Assembly: GCA_043228905.1 (NCBI GenBank) | Contig: JBHGNT010000017.1 | Location: 6,014,001-6,078,000, forward strand | Reading direction: 5' to 3' | Source: Azolla caroliniana | Taxonomy: Eukaryota; Plantae; Polypodiophyta | DNA: 64,000 nucleotides | In this document: positions 24,890 through 38,374 of the stretch, piece by piece | How the letters are laid out: every line of letters begins with the position of its first letter | Numbering within the stretch: position 1 is the first letter of the stretch | Notes under the pieces: model-generated | Database searches by the model: none | Told to the model about the DNA's origin: nothing | Seen by the model: the letters and a program-made list of their open reading frames with translations, nothing else | Made by a program: the position numbers and the translations under genes

Positions 24890-26800
24890 GCCAGCGAAGC
24901 ACCTGACCTTATAATTCTAGTTAAGAGGAAAAACAATACTTACCATAAGTGTATTGATTATTGTGCTCTGAGTAAAATTACATTTAAGGATCTTGATCCT
25001 ATACCTCTTGTTAACATTTTAGTATGTAATTGGTAATGCTGAAGTATTTAGCATAAATATTTCAGCATTATGAAAAGATATGTCTGACTTCAGCATTATG
25101 AAAAGATTTGATTTCAAAAGTGGCTATCATCAAATAGGAATTTATCAGAAAAGATATGCCCAAGAAAACATTTCACATTATGAACATCTAGTTATATACC
25201 CAAGACAACATTTTACACCCATTATGAATATATAGTTTTACCATTCAGTCTTAATGAAAATATGTCTGATATTAGGTAATTTTGTTGTTGACTTTGTGGA
25301 TAATAAACTAGTCTTAAGCAAAACCCGAGAGAAACTCGTTAATCCCAGAGCATCTAATGTTCCTAACAATGTGATACCTCATATCAGGTAAGTCTTTGAC
25401 CCTTCTGACTCACACAAGGACCACCAAATTTTGGCCAATACCTGGTACATATGCTGATACTTCAAACTTGGAGATTAATCGAACTCTGGCGATTTTATCA
25501 AGTATAAAACAACCTTCCTGTGCCAGAAGGTTATTGAATACTTAGGCCACATAATATTTGATAATGGGGTGAGGATGGATCCTTCACAGGTTTCCATAAT
25601 TCTGAGTTGGCTGACAATGCACAATGTCTCAGTTGCGATCTTTTCCAGGGCTTTCCAAGTTTTATCGAAAATTCATCCAAAGATCTGCTCCCCTAGTAAT
25701 GGTCTTTGTTGTCCAATGTGGTCCATTATCAGGCTCCTGCTAGGCAGCAAGCATTTGATCAACTGAAGAAAGTTGTAGCATCTACATCTGTGTTTGAAGT
25801 GGATGACCTACAATTACTATGAATCATAGAGATTGCTGCTAGTGATGTAGTTCTAGGAGCTGTCCCTATTCGACAAGATAGACCAATTGCTTTGAAGAGC
25901 AGGAAGCTCCATGCACTGAAGAACTGGCCCGTGCATGAGCTAGAGTTAATAAGTAATCATTTTGGCACTGAAGACATGACGCTGCTACTTATATGGAGCC
26001 GAATTCAAGATCTTAACTGATTAAGCCACTTTGAAGTGCATTTGTTGATGAATTATCGTTAAGGGAAAGATGGGGTGGTAGCGGATGCTTTGTTTAGCTT
26101 GCCAACCAAATGAGTATCAGTATAGTTGAAAGTGAGACATCACATGTTATATGGGATGCTCACAAAGTAGACTAATTTATTTAAAATAAGTGGTTCAAGG
26201 CTAGCCGAATTAAGAATGCTAATGAGCAGGCCTTCTGTTAGACCACCGCCAAAAGTTCTTCATTGAGCAAGGACTGCTCAAGCAAAATGGAAAAATATGT
26301 GTGCTATAGCTTCCCTGTTCATTATGCTTGACCAATTAACTAAAATAGCACACTTTACTCCCACTACTATTCAACGTATGTTTCACATACATGGTTTACT
26401 GGAAACTATTTTCTTGGACTCAAACATTTGTTTCATAGAACGGTTTTGGACTAGTTTGCTTCCAAAACTAGGCAATAAATTGAAGTTTAGTTGATGACCA
26501 ATGGTTAGTTAGAAACGGTTAACCAAATATTGGAAGATATGTTTCGGAAATATGTGTTTGTCCATCAGATAGACTAGGAAAGTTATTTGTCATTACTTAG
26601 TTTGCGTATAATTCAGGGAACCATTTAATGACTAAATTTTTCCTGTTTGTGATAAATTCTGGGTTCGCCTAGCTTTTCCATATTCAATTTGATTGAGTAA
26701 TCGTAATCCAAGTGCCTCAAGTTATTTGAAGTATAAAAGAAGACATGTTTGATATGCCTAAGAGAAACATTCAATCCAATATGTACAGAGCGGAGTGTTT
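24890..26800 (+). pseudogene. Highly degenerate Gypsy (chromovirus-like) RT-RH-INT relic
   Basis: Broken motifs CIDYCALSKIT, FDFKSGYHQI, IEYLGHII, AASDVVLGAV, DQLTKIAHF, ETVNQILED. Confidence 0.65.
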
Positions 26801-28405
26801 TGCCAGCACGAAACATACTCCAACATCCTAGGTGGTAGGAGCATGCGTGTATTTGTTGATCAACTAGCACAAGATACAAACACTATCTTATGTTCCACAT
26901 TTCTACAAGGCAACAAACAAGTAGGCGACTAAGATCAATATAGTCTTATGTAATGTTTGCATTAACCTACAAGGCAATTAACCACACTATCTTGAGAAGC
27001 TTAGTCGCATTGACAAGGGTTAGTTTTCAGCATATCAATAGAACCACTAATAAGATCACGGTTGCCTTCCTGATTGAACTGAAATCGATCAATGGCTTCT
27101 TACATGTGTGCCACATTTTCCCCAGAATGACATTTAAGCATAATAGCTTGGATCATGAACAGAAGTGTGCAAGATTCATGAGATAATAAATATGAAAGAC
27201 TGTGCTCATCAATGTGACTAACCTGCTGAAGATAGGTTGTAAGTCTATGTTCTTTAGATCTCATGTAGTAACAAACATAAAGGTTGTCTGCCCACACCGA
27301 CAGACATCTTGAAATGGTCCATGACACTTTTGGCTCAGAAATATCATCCCTCTCAAAGGATATGTCAAACAAATTTCCCTTTAGCCCTTAACCTTTTGCC
27401 CTCAAACGTTCACCCATGTTAAGGATTATGATAGGGGTCATCCTCTCATGATTGTGACAATGTGACATCTATCTTCAACATAAAGGAGAAAAAGTAAAAC
27501 TTAACTCCAACACATAAGTGGTACCATTGCTACTTCCCATTCTAAATGAAAAACCTTACAATTACTATATCTTTAAATTCTTTAAGGGCTACAACACAAT
27601 TACAGAAGAAAAAAACTCGTCTTTGAAATACCATGTCTTTCCTGTCATAAATAACAAACATCCTTAAAACACAGTTACAGCCAAACCTTTTCTCAAAATA
27701 GAAGAAATTGCAAAGGACATTCAAGACTCAAGAGAAACCCATGTATACACAGGTTGCAAATACTGTAACAGACAATGTTTTTTGTATCCACAAAAAAATG
27801 TGACGAACGAATGTCAAAAGGCATGCAAGATTCAGAGAAATCCATGGATTTATAGAGCACAAGAAATTTGTGAAAAAGACTGTTCGTGCGAGAAAAATGA
27901 GTGTCATCCAGGACAGTCAGGATTCAAAGATATTCTATGGATTCTTGGATTTCAAAGGCTATTAAAACAAAAAGTTGTTATCGTGACCAAAGGCCTCGAA
28001 CTTAGTAGAAAATCATGGATCTTAATACTAGAAATTCGTTTTACGTGAAAAGACTACTGGTGAACGCGTCAAACTGAATGATTCATAGGAATGCATGGAT
28101 TGACAGAGGCAAAAGTGAAAAAAAGCGGAAGAGAAGAGGGAACAATTCCATAAAAAGTAATGAAGACGTGAGGGATTCATAGAAATCCATGGATCACAGA
28201 CGATACAAGAAAAGAAGAAGTGGGAGGAAAGAGAAAACAAATGCATTAACTAGAAAGAAAACCCCCAAAAATTCATAGACAGACCATGGATTTCACAAGA
28301 CGAAATTTACAAAAGAACAAAGACAGGAACGGGCGAAGACATACTTTTCGAGCATGAGAAACGAACCTTTGTTGATAATCTCTGGTGTGCGACATTCCAA
28401 AGAAG

Positions 28406-28714
28406 CTAAGCGATGTCAGAGTCGTCGAAGTCATCATCGAAGGAGTTGAAGAAATCGGAGTCGAGGGGGCGAGAGTCAGGGATGGAGTCAGAGAAGAAGT
28501 CGGTGGCGTCGTTGTTGTCGAGGTCGAGCTCCATAGCCGCAGTAGATGCGGAAGCAGATGCAGAAGGGATGGCAGCAGCAGCAGAAGCGGACGAAGAAGA
28601 AGAAGAAGAAGAAGAAGAAGACGAAGAAGGTGCAACAGAAGGAAGGATTGTGGAAACGGCGGCGGCGGCAGAAGAAGAAGAATCGTCCATCTCTCCCAGC
28701 GATGGCGGCTTCAT
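28406..28714 (-). CDS. SMAP1: Small acidic protein 1 (CSN9/CSNAP-like), with a Ser/Ala-rich insertion
   Basis: 102 aa; N-terminal EMDD and C-terminal F/D-rich DSDFFNSFDDDFDDSDI match plant SMAP; pyrimidine-rich 5' leader on minus. Confidence 0.88.
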   Translation of the reverse strand: MKPPSLGEMDDSSSSAAAAVSTILPSVAPSSSSSSSSSSSSSASAAAAIPSASASASTAAMELDLDNNDATDFFSDSIPDSRPLDSDFFNSFDDDFDDSDIA

Positions 28715-28766
28715 CTCCGTGCTGCTTCTTTCTTTCTGCTGCCTCGTCTCAGTCTGTCTGTCTTCT

Positions 28767-28801
<35 letters not shown>

Positions 28802-29699
28802 TCCTTTTTTGGCAGGGGACAGTTTGCCTATTTAGGAAAGCCTACCATTTGAGTAGGGGGGCACCTTGGGTCTAAGGTCTTGGGTTCGGATCCAACTTTC
28901 AGCACATGTATGCATTACTATACTTCTTCAAAAGCTACATTAGCCACATTGGCATGGGCATTTGTGAACCGAACAAATCTTGGATCCCGAGTATACTGCG
29001 AAGCAGCTCCCCTCCTATAATTCTCCGAAGAACTGTATGCGCGATCAGGCCGCAATGATTTCCACACACAGACAAACTCGCGGATTCAACCTCAAGGGCA
29101 TGCAATTTATTCCCCAGTCAAACGAATGAATGAATAGGGCTTCGTTTGCAATGACAAGGATCGCTCGCTGGACCCAACCTGTAGATCGATTCCGATGACA
29201 AGCAACAATGAATCATGAACTACCCCACCTTACATGATTGTCGCCCTTCATGTCACAGTTTCCTCGACTTTTCCAATTATGTAAATTGCCACAAAAAGAA
29301 ATGGTTTCAGCCAACTCCACCCATAACACCTAATACCTATACCTTATGTACTCTTATATAGCTTGGAAATGGGGCTTCTTCTCCTCTCAACTCCATGTAT
29401 GCAAAAGCCCAATCAAATGGAGATCTTACACAACTCCAATCAAAGAGACATCCATGTTGTATTGATTACCTTCTCACCCATTCTTGTTGTTGGGCAAGAA
29501 GCAGCCCAATGCCTACTATTCTTGTTGTTTGGCAAGAAGCAACTCAATGCCTACTCGACTCCGTATATGCCAAAAGCCAATCACATGGAGTTCTTTTACA
29601 ACTCCAATCAAAGAGATATCCACATTGTATACCTTGCCTTCTAAGCCATTCTTGTGATTGGGCAAGAAGCAACTTAATGCCTACTTATCTCTAGTTCAA

Positions 29700-30800
29700 T
29701 TGGGTGAAAGAATCTTGTTCCATTAGCATCCCTCAAAGGCACAACCCAACTATACCTTAGCTCTCAATGTTGATCGAGATTTCGTACCCACCTTAATTAC
29801 ATGATGTTCAACAAGATACAAGATTTTGGAATTCTCACAAATTTATAACTTTTTCCTCTTTCCACATATTTCCCTCAATCATTTTATGATAAATATCTTG
29901 TGTTGATATTTTGGAGATATTTCTCTATTCCCAACAAATGTTTCATCAAGCTTTTGTGATTGTTCATTCAAATCTAGGATTGGGCCTTAACAATATTAAG
30001 GCACCCTATAATGTATGCCTATTAATCATTTCTACGTAGACCTAAACCCTGAACCCTAAATGTCATTAATCATTTCTATGTGACTAGCATGGCATCTTGC
30101 ATTGGCTACTTCCTGGCATATCCAATTACAACGGGACTACTTCCTACTCCAACTCATTCGCATAATCAATTGCCATCTATACGTTCAGAATATTTTGCAA
30201 ACGATCTTTCTTTGCCATCTATCAATTGCCATCTATGGTGGATAATAGAAGGAAAAGCTTTTACATAAATATAACCTATTAGCTAGTTTTTTTGCAAAAT
30301 TCTCGTAAATTCTCCTTATCAAAGAAATAGGCCTCCATTGAACAAAGGATATTCAAGGAGGCAACTTTCACAAAAGCTTATCTAAACCAATCTCCTAACA
30401 ATGAGGTATGTCCCTAATGTCCAAACTTTTTGAAACAACATTGTGAGTGGCCCATTTAACTATACCACATATTTCTTAAACAACTCATTTGTTAATCCCT
30501 CCCAACCTAGTTTCTTGCACTTCATCCTTTTGCAAAATCCAATGTCTTGGCATCAAACAACAATGTCAAAAAACTCTTCTTGCAAAGATACGAACAACTC
30601 TTTTTTCAAAGAATTACAATGCTCCCTATTAGATGATGGTGCCCATATAAATAAGGCAAGCACTTTATGCCATGAGGCAACCAATTGTTGAACAATGAAG
30701 AGAAAGGAATTTCTAGTAGAATATTTCCACTAAGTAATTGCCATCACATTGCCGTAATCATTGTTGTCACATGTGTTATACCCTCCTAAATATTGGACAA
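29700..30800 (-). pseudogene. Possible degenerate L1-type LINE RT relic
   Basis: Minus translation MKCKKLGWEGLTNELFKKY..LNGPLTMLFQKVW resembles the KxPGxDGxxxEFFK start of LINE RT; many stops. Confidence 0.4.
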
Positions 30801-32003
30801 TAGATATCCACGGCAATTAGAGTGAACATATGTATTGTAATAACAAAAATCTATGACCCATCATACACATAGATACGTTTGATATTACAAGTCCCCCACA
30901 TATGTAGGGATTGAAATGACTCAAGTGATGCAACACCTAGGTTAATACCTTGCACAACTCCCCATCAAAGAAATAGGCCACCATTAGTGAAATGACTCAA
31001 GTGATGCAATCTTTGGAACTAATTAATGAGACCAACCTTTCAAGCTTGAGGCATACAACGAGAATCCTAATAATGTTGAAGCTAAGGTTCCATTAAAATG
31101 TTGGAATATTGTTTAAAAACTTAATTTGTCAAGCCATCCCAACCAAGGTTCTTACCCCCAAGGAAGGCACCTTAAAACCATATCCACCTCACTTCTCTCA
31201 CACATTTTTTGAGAAATAACATTGATCTTAATTAAGATATGAGCACGTATAAAAGCTAGCAACATACAAGAAACCAAATGTTGCAAGAACTTGAATAGAA
31301 CTATGAAGCAAATCCCATTTCAGCATTTTCTCATTGATCATATTTGACATCCGTGGGCAATATGTAAATTCATCCATCCATATTCATGAAAATGTTTCAA
31401 TTTGGCCCATACATCATATTTGATTGTCGAGGATGATAATAAAATCAACCGATCCAACTTCCCCTCTTTGCTTTACGTTAAGTAGGGTTTGGTGAGGCAA
31501 TTGTTTCATCAAGCTCTTGAAAGAAAATAGAGAAAATACAAAAAAATAAATCCATGCCATCATTAAGGGGCTATAAGCAAACCTCATACTCCTTAATGTT
31601 GCTAGAAACTTAAAGAAGGCAATAGAGTACTATCCCCTTCAGAGAGTTTACAATATGTATTGAAACTAAGGACATTGCATAAAGGTTCCAAATGTTTGTA
31701 CAAGATTGACATCAAATATTATTGACATTTTGTGATATCAAGAAGAATGAATACAAGCATTTGATCCCAAATTTGTAAGTGGATGCATGCTTAAACAATT
31801 GTTGTTCAAGAACAATACCTCTCTTGGCAAATCACTACAATACAAATGATTTTCCTGGTGAATTCTAAGAATAATAATATTCTAGATTCAGCACTTATAC
31901 AGGTTCATGTCATCCCCAAGTACAAGGATAAAAAAATGTACCAATTGAGAGAGAAGAAGTTTCTGTTACCCATCCATACTAGAGGAATAAAAGGGAATGC
32001 ACT

Positions 32004-35000
32004 TCAATTGATGGAAGATTTTCGGTTCCAAGAGAGGTAGTTCGTGTCACCAAGTGGCCTGTTTTTAACACATACACACACAACAGATATTGAAAGTTTT
32101 GCATATACACCTGTGTTTTGTACAAAATAATGAATGACATCTACAGAAACAATAAGAGCTTTACCTTGGATTTTTCCAATGAACAAGGAAAAAGATGAGG
32201 GCTAATAAAATGCAAACAGATCCGACTGCAATGTAGGCTATACCCAGAAAGTCATTTTTCCCACCCAACCAGCTCGTTGTGGACAACACCAGTTTCTTTC
32301 TTCCCCCAAAGCTATATGTGTTGTAAACATTGTTAATGAGGATATCCAATTGAGTGTTAACAGCTAAATCTTGCTCAATCCTTCCGTAAAGCTTTCGAAA
32401 TGTCGGTAAAGCTGCAGTTCTCATCCACACGATGAGATCTTCGTGTTCACTCAACTGGGGAAAATCAACAAAACCATACTTAAGTTCAAATGAATTTAAT
32501 TCAAGTCTTTGAAAATCTGTAGCTTCCAGATACTCCTAGTTAATGCACCAAGTCTTCCTAATCTCCAAATCCATAGATCTTGACCTTAGAAAATATGTCC
32601 ATGGTAAGACAAAACAAAATTCCATGTTAAGTACATACCGGTATATTCGGATCCAAACTGGCACCTCCAATCAGAGACCCATTTTCAGAACGATTCAAAT
32701 TGTTGGGAAAATTCTTAGGATAAACATCCCCTCCAAACTTATGTTCACGATCACTTTTCCAAGAAATTCCAGTCTTGTTGATAACAAGCTGTTGGCCACC
32801 AGTTGTCACTTTGTAAGTGTCATTAAACAAGCTCCATGCTATTAGACCACATGGCACAATGGGTTGGTCTCCCAGTGTTTGTTCTGGTTTGCAAGCAGTT
32901 GTTTCAGACGAATTCGCATCCAACAATTGCGGATCGCTTCTACTTTTCACATATCTGTACAACTAGGTGTTAAAGTAGAAATGTCATCCATTTACCAGGC
33001 ATCTAAATACAACCTTTTGAATTTGGTTACAAATAGGTAGTTTCACCTGTTGCATATGCAGTTGGTGTACAGTAAAGAGAAATGATATTAAATACATGAA
33101 AATTATATAGAATGTATGCTAATTAATGTCCAACAAAAGCCTTTCAATTCAAGTCAGCAAAACAGGTCAAACAACTATAACCAGACATGAAATCCAAAAA
33201 TACAATGACCAGTTCAGTTCAATACCGTCGATGATTCTGATAAAAATTATCCAACTGGTAGTATACATATACTGGGCTCTTCATAAGTTTTGGAATCTGA
33301 AGTCAAAAGCAGTTTTTTTTTTACTTACCAATGTCAATATTATAATGTGAAAATATATGAAACTGATATGGAGCTCACGATTAGAGTTCTGCTGCAACTT
33401 TTGTTTGTGTTTATATCCTGGATAAACTGAACTCTTTGTTCATTGTCTGAGTAAGTAGCAGGAATACAGGCTGTCTGATACTCATCCACAACTTCAACCA
33501 CCTATAATAAACCATCCAAATAGTCTCATACCACCGAACCATCTCAATAGTTCTTATCAGAACACTGCTAGTCAGATGAGGCTCTGCCTAGGAGTATGTT
33601 CAAAACTTCAATGCATTTAACTCATCCAAAGTGAAGTTTGGCACCATTTTGATGCACAAGCATGTTTTGTGGCTTAAATTGGTAAGATATATATGCTTAC
33701 ACTCCATGAAGCAAGTAATGATGTAACTCCTATAGGTATAAAGATAACTCCAATCACCATGAAAATCATGATAACCTGAAATTAAACACAGCAAGAAGTC
33801 TTTGGTCATGTATGGTTGTTTTGAACTATAAAACCAATACTCAAACAATTTATGGGGAGGCCAAACACATACCCATCCTGGTGTTAATAAAGGCTTGCAA
33901 GCAGGCAACTCCTGCTGTGTGAATGCAGAACCTGCAAAGAATGACACAAACGAAATAAGAGAATATCTTCCTTGAATAATCCAAAATAAATTTCTAAGAA
34001 ACATCTTAACTTCAAAACAGACAATAAAACATTTGAAACCGTTCACTATACAAGTTGGAAACAGTGTGTGAATGTATATTTACAAGGTGTTGTAACTATT
34101 GATACAAATGAATGTAATCATAAAGTTTTGCATGCAACAACTCCTTTTCATTCATCTCACATGTTGAAACTCATGTCCATGTTAAAAATTAGACAGGTCC
34201 TTTGACTAATTCTTTGTCTCTTTGAAAAGTCGTCTCCAATATAAAATTTTGAATTATACAAATAAGTTATCACATAAAACCAGCATTTCCTTAGACTTAG
34301 TAGGAATATATTGAGCAGGGACTTATAGGAGATCCATGTCATAAGCATTTCTTATATGGAAAACTTGAGGCGTAAGGGTGAATCAATAAAGTAAAGTTCT
34401 AACCAATTTCGATATTTTATGCACCAGATGTCTTTGGCCCTCGTAGAAACTATAGCATCACCTCAACGAACAATATATGCAACAGATTTCATAAGCATTT
34501 CTTATATGGAAAACTTGAGGCATAAGGATGAATCAATAAAGTAAAGTTCTAACCAATTTCGATATTTTATGCATCAGATGTATTTGGCCCTCGTAGAAAC
34601 TATAGCATCACCTCAACGAATAATATAGTTGAGCAAAAACCTTACAAAGAGATTCGTGAAAGACTCTTATCATTGAAAAACATGGGACATATGAATGAAT
34701 AAAAAATTAGTTGGGATGATGATAACAGAATGGGGCAGGAGATGTGTTGGCATCACATATAGAGCAGTTTCACAGTAGTCTGTTAACTCTTAAATATAAG
34801 CTCTTACCTCTTACGTAAAGAGAATCAAAGATTCAAAATGAACCTATGAACCCTTCATGTCATACAGAAGCTAGAGGCTACTCTTTTTTGGGGATTTTAC
34901 AAAATGTTTTACGTAAAGAGAATCAACGATTCAAAATGAACCTATGAACCCTTCATGTCATACAGAAGCTAGAGGCTACTCTTTTTTGGGGATTTTACAA

Positions 35001-35113
35001 ACTGTTTTACATGGATCTTGCACATTAACAAAACGAATGAGAAGAAAATACTGACTTTTTGGCCGCTTTGAAATTTTCTTTGTAGTTCCCTCATTACTGC
35101 TGGCTCCCATCAT
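32004..35113 (-). CDS. ALIS: ALA-interacting subunit (CDC50/LEM3 family flippase beta subunit), 348 aa, 8 coding exons
   Basis: GT-AG exons 35056-35113, 33873-33931, 33701-33775, 33379-33501, 33226-33296, 32639-32954, 32165-32454, 32004-32058 total 1047 nt in frame. Motifs FTQQELPACKP, YYQLDNFYQNHRRYVKSR, PCGLIAWSLFND, WMRTAALPTFRKLYG, SWLGGKNDFLG. Probable 5' UTR intron 35161-35923. Confidence 0.96.
34340..35008. repeat. Two independent tandem duplications (about 150 bp x2 at 34340/34490; about 98 bp x2 at 34811/34909) in an ALIS intron
   Basis: Near-identical adjacent direct repeats. Confidence 0.85.
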
Positions 35114-36046
35114 ATTCAGCTTAAGATGGAAGGTAAGCAAACACTGTTGTGTTCAGTCAACTGTTCGAAATAACGATATAGATAGTTATGATATCATTAA
35201 GAAATGAACATTTTCAGCATTAAAATTTCCATTCGTGCAATAGAAACTTCATTGAATAATTGGTTGCCAACCCTACAATTGTATTTGTTCAGTCCATAAA
35301 CTTTGCAAAGTCAAAAAGACGGCTATAGTAGTGATATTTACGGATCTCATCATACCACTTATAATGGGCAAATGTGGCCAACCTTTTGGTTGTATCTATT
35401 ATTCTGTAAACTTGTAAATAAAATAGAAAAGTAACATTAGTAAGATATAACAATCTCACACAACCACTTATAATGGGCAAATCTGGTGATGAATCTCAGC
35501 AATGATGAATATCTTATATAAGAACCATAAAAAAGTATCATATGATTGCATTTGTATTCATTCTTCCATAAACTTTGGAAAGAAAATGGAAATGCAACGT
35601 TCATGTGTTTGGGGACCTCATGAAGCCACTTATAATGGGTAAAACCTGGCGATGCATCTCGTCAAATACACTGAATGAGATGAAGAAGAAGTACAAAGCA
35701 TAAGAACCTTACATTGCATCATTGGGTGACCCAAAACCCTAAACAACACAGGTTTCATTCCATCAAATTTTGCAAACGAAACACAAGTCGATGTTAAAGT
35801 GAAACGGACATTTCTCCATAAAAGGATTATTGCAGATTAACAAAGAGATGTGAAAAAAACAAAAACAAAAAAAAAAATCCAGCGGGAGACAGAAGCAAGG
35901 CAACATCTGTGCAGAAAATTTACCTGATGATGCGATGACGGCGAAGGTGAGTTCCTATTCCTGCAGCAAATTTCCCAACAGAGTCAAGAAAATGTGCGAT
36001 CTGGTCTTGGTTTTCTACATGATAATCTAGTTTTTATTATTGTTAT

Positions 36047-36432
36047 CAGTATTCCAATTAAAGGTCAAGCATGTGACTTCTCTGTGTCATCGTGGGCGGC
36101 CCAGACGCCAAAGTCATCATGTGATCTCTGAGAACCTACCTACGTTTCATACGGCTTGGCTCAAGCTTAATCAAGCCGTTAAACCGTTTAAAAAAAGGCA
36201 AGGCTCAAGCCGAACCAAACCGTTTTGGGCCAAACCGGTTAGACTTAATTGGTTTAGCCACCAACCTATTTGGTTTAAGTTTGAAACTTCCAAACCGGTT
36301 AAGCTTTTAACCGGTTTGGTTTCGGACAAGGCCAAACCAGTTAAGGTAAAACCGAACTATTGCCAATTCCTACATAAATGTAGCCTTTGAGTCGAATCGA
36401 GACCTCCCCCCCCCCAAACTGGTAGAATACTG
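36047..36432. mobile_element. Possible MITE/hAT-like remnant with AAACCG/CGGTT subterminal-type repeats
   Basis: CAGTATTC...GAATACTG inverted ends and many AAACCG(GTT) motifs; no TSD found. Confidence 0.4.
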
Positions 36433-37595
36433 ACTGAATGTTTTCTTCAACCATCAACATTGATTGCAGGTCGAAGAAGGACGATGGCTTCTCCCGGGTG
36501 CAAATCACCATCCAAATTGGCCCGTACTGTTGTGCTAGACCACCAAGGCAGATCTGGAACATCTCGTCTTCGACCACCGTCACGTTGATGGACCCGAGCG
36601 CATCGCAAATCTCCTTTATTTTGGTGGTATAGTCGGTAATTGACATGTTTCTTTGTCGGATGTTGTTGAGCTATTGCTGGAGCTGCAACTTATGGGGTGT
36701 GGTACTGGCAGTGAAAATCTTTTTGAGATTTTCCCAGGTCTCCTTGGAACGTGCAAGACATTCTTGATGTAGGTTTGGTTGCCCTCTTCACCGAATGGGA
36801 CAATCTGTGACACTATGTGCTGAATATGTTATACAAGTTCGGCAAGACTAAATGCCAACCGGTCTCGACACCCCTGGACCGGAATCTCAAGCTGCATCCT
36901 GACTCCAAACCGACCTGGAACGAGAAACGGTTCTGACAAATTGTCGGAAGCCTAATTTATCTTACTATCACCCGACCTGACATCAGCTACCCTGTCGGGG
37001 TGATCAGTCAGTTTATGCAGAAGTTGGTCGTCGAGCACCTTCAGTGCGTGCATCGACTATTGAGATATGTGAGCGACACGAAGGATCAGGGATTATTATA
37101 TCAACACTGTATAACTGAAAAGCTAGTCGGTTATAAAAATGCCGATTGGGCCGGTGATGCTTCGGATCGTCGGTCCACTTTCGGTTATATGTTCTCTCTT
37201 GGCAGCGGTTGTTGTGTGGAGTAGCAAAAAGCAACCAATGGTGGCTCTATCGAGCACATAGGTTGAGTATCGGGGCGCTACCATCGCCACTTGTGAAGCT
37301 ATTTGGCTTCAGTGGTTGCTGCAAGACCTCTGGATTGAAGTACCGATTCTGATCTGGATCTATTGCGACAACATGAGTAGTATGCAACTTGCCAAAAATC
37401 CCATGTTTCATGCTCGCACGAAGCTCATTGAGGTGCATTACCACTTTGTGCGCGTTTGGGTCCTCAACGTTGAAGTCGAACTTTGGTATGTTCGAACGGA
37501 TCGACAAGTTGTCGACATATTCACGAAGGCCCTCAGAACCGACATGTTGCAACACTTTTCGAAGATGCTTGGTCTTAAGCATCTCGACGTGCAAT
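36433..37595. pseudogene. Rearranged Copia fragments: gag/PR pieces on minus (36433-36815), RT-RNase H on plus (36820-37595)
   Basis: ITDYTTKIKEICDALGSINV and IKNVLHVP on minus; NADWAGDASDRRST, YCDNMSSMQLAKNPMFHARTK, VDIFTKAL on plus. Confidence 0.8.
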
Positions 37596-38374
37596 TGTCG
37601 TGGAGATTTCCGGCCATGGTGAGAAAACCGGGTGAGAACGAATAAAATGGCGATGTGCAACGTTTGCACATCAATATCCAGAAAATGTAAATATTTATGA
37701 GAAAGGAAACGGAACTAGAAGGTGTTGAAGTGCACTAAGGAGTTAGTCAGAGGTACGTGTGATGAGTACTTTAGTGTACATCACACGTTTAGTAGGTACT
37801 GGGGTGGGAGTTAGAGGAGAGTTAATGTAACACTCCCTAGAATCGAGGCAAATATCTTCCTCTGAAAAGGAGGAGAATATTTGGCCTCTCACATTGTAAT
37901 GTCCCTCCTTCCTCGAGCTATAAAACGAGGGGAGGGTTCCTTGTTAAGGGGTTCCCATTTTCTTTAGTTCCCTGTTTTGTTTGGGTTCTAATTTTGGGGT
38001 TTAGGTTTTCTTTGTCTTTTGTTTATTAGGGTTTGGGGGTTCCGTTTGGTGTGTTTAGGTTTTAGTTCGGTTGGAACTCGTAAGCTCCAAGGGTCTCGGT
38101 TTCTACTCCGTCTTTTGCACAAGGCCTCCACTTGCGACGAGTCCCTGAGCTCCCCCCGACTGGAGGCTTGCATGCAGACATCTGTTGTATCTAGTCCTTT
38201 TTGTCCAGCTCAAAGCCGGAGATGTAAATTGTTGCTCGTGTAAATACATATTGAGTTGTGCATAACGATGTCTTTGTTGGTGTCGAGTGCGATTCTTTCT
38301 TTCCGGTTGTTGTATATCGGAAGCGTGTGTTGAATAAGTGTTACCTTTGTGTTCTCTCTCTCTCTCTCTCTCTC

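Noticed and set aside
28385-28875. Plus-strand poly-Arg/Glu/Lys ORFs
   Set aside because: Antisense readings of the SMAP1 trinucleotide repeats.
29391-29690. Degenerate ~169-bp duplication with short ORFs
   Set aside because: Two diverged copies with no recognisable coding or structural signal.
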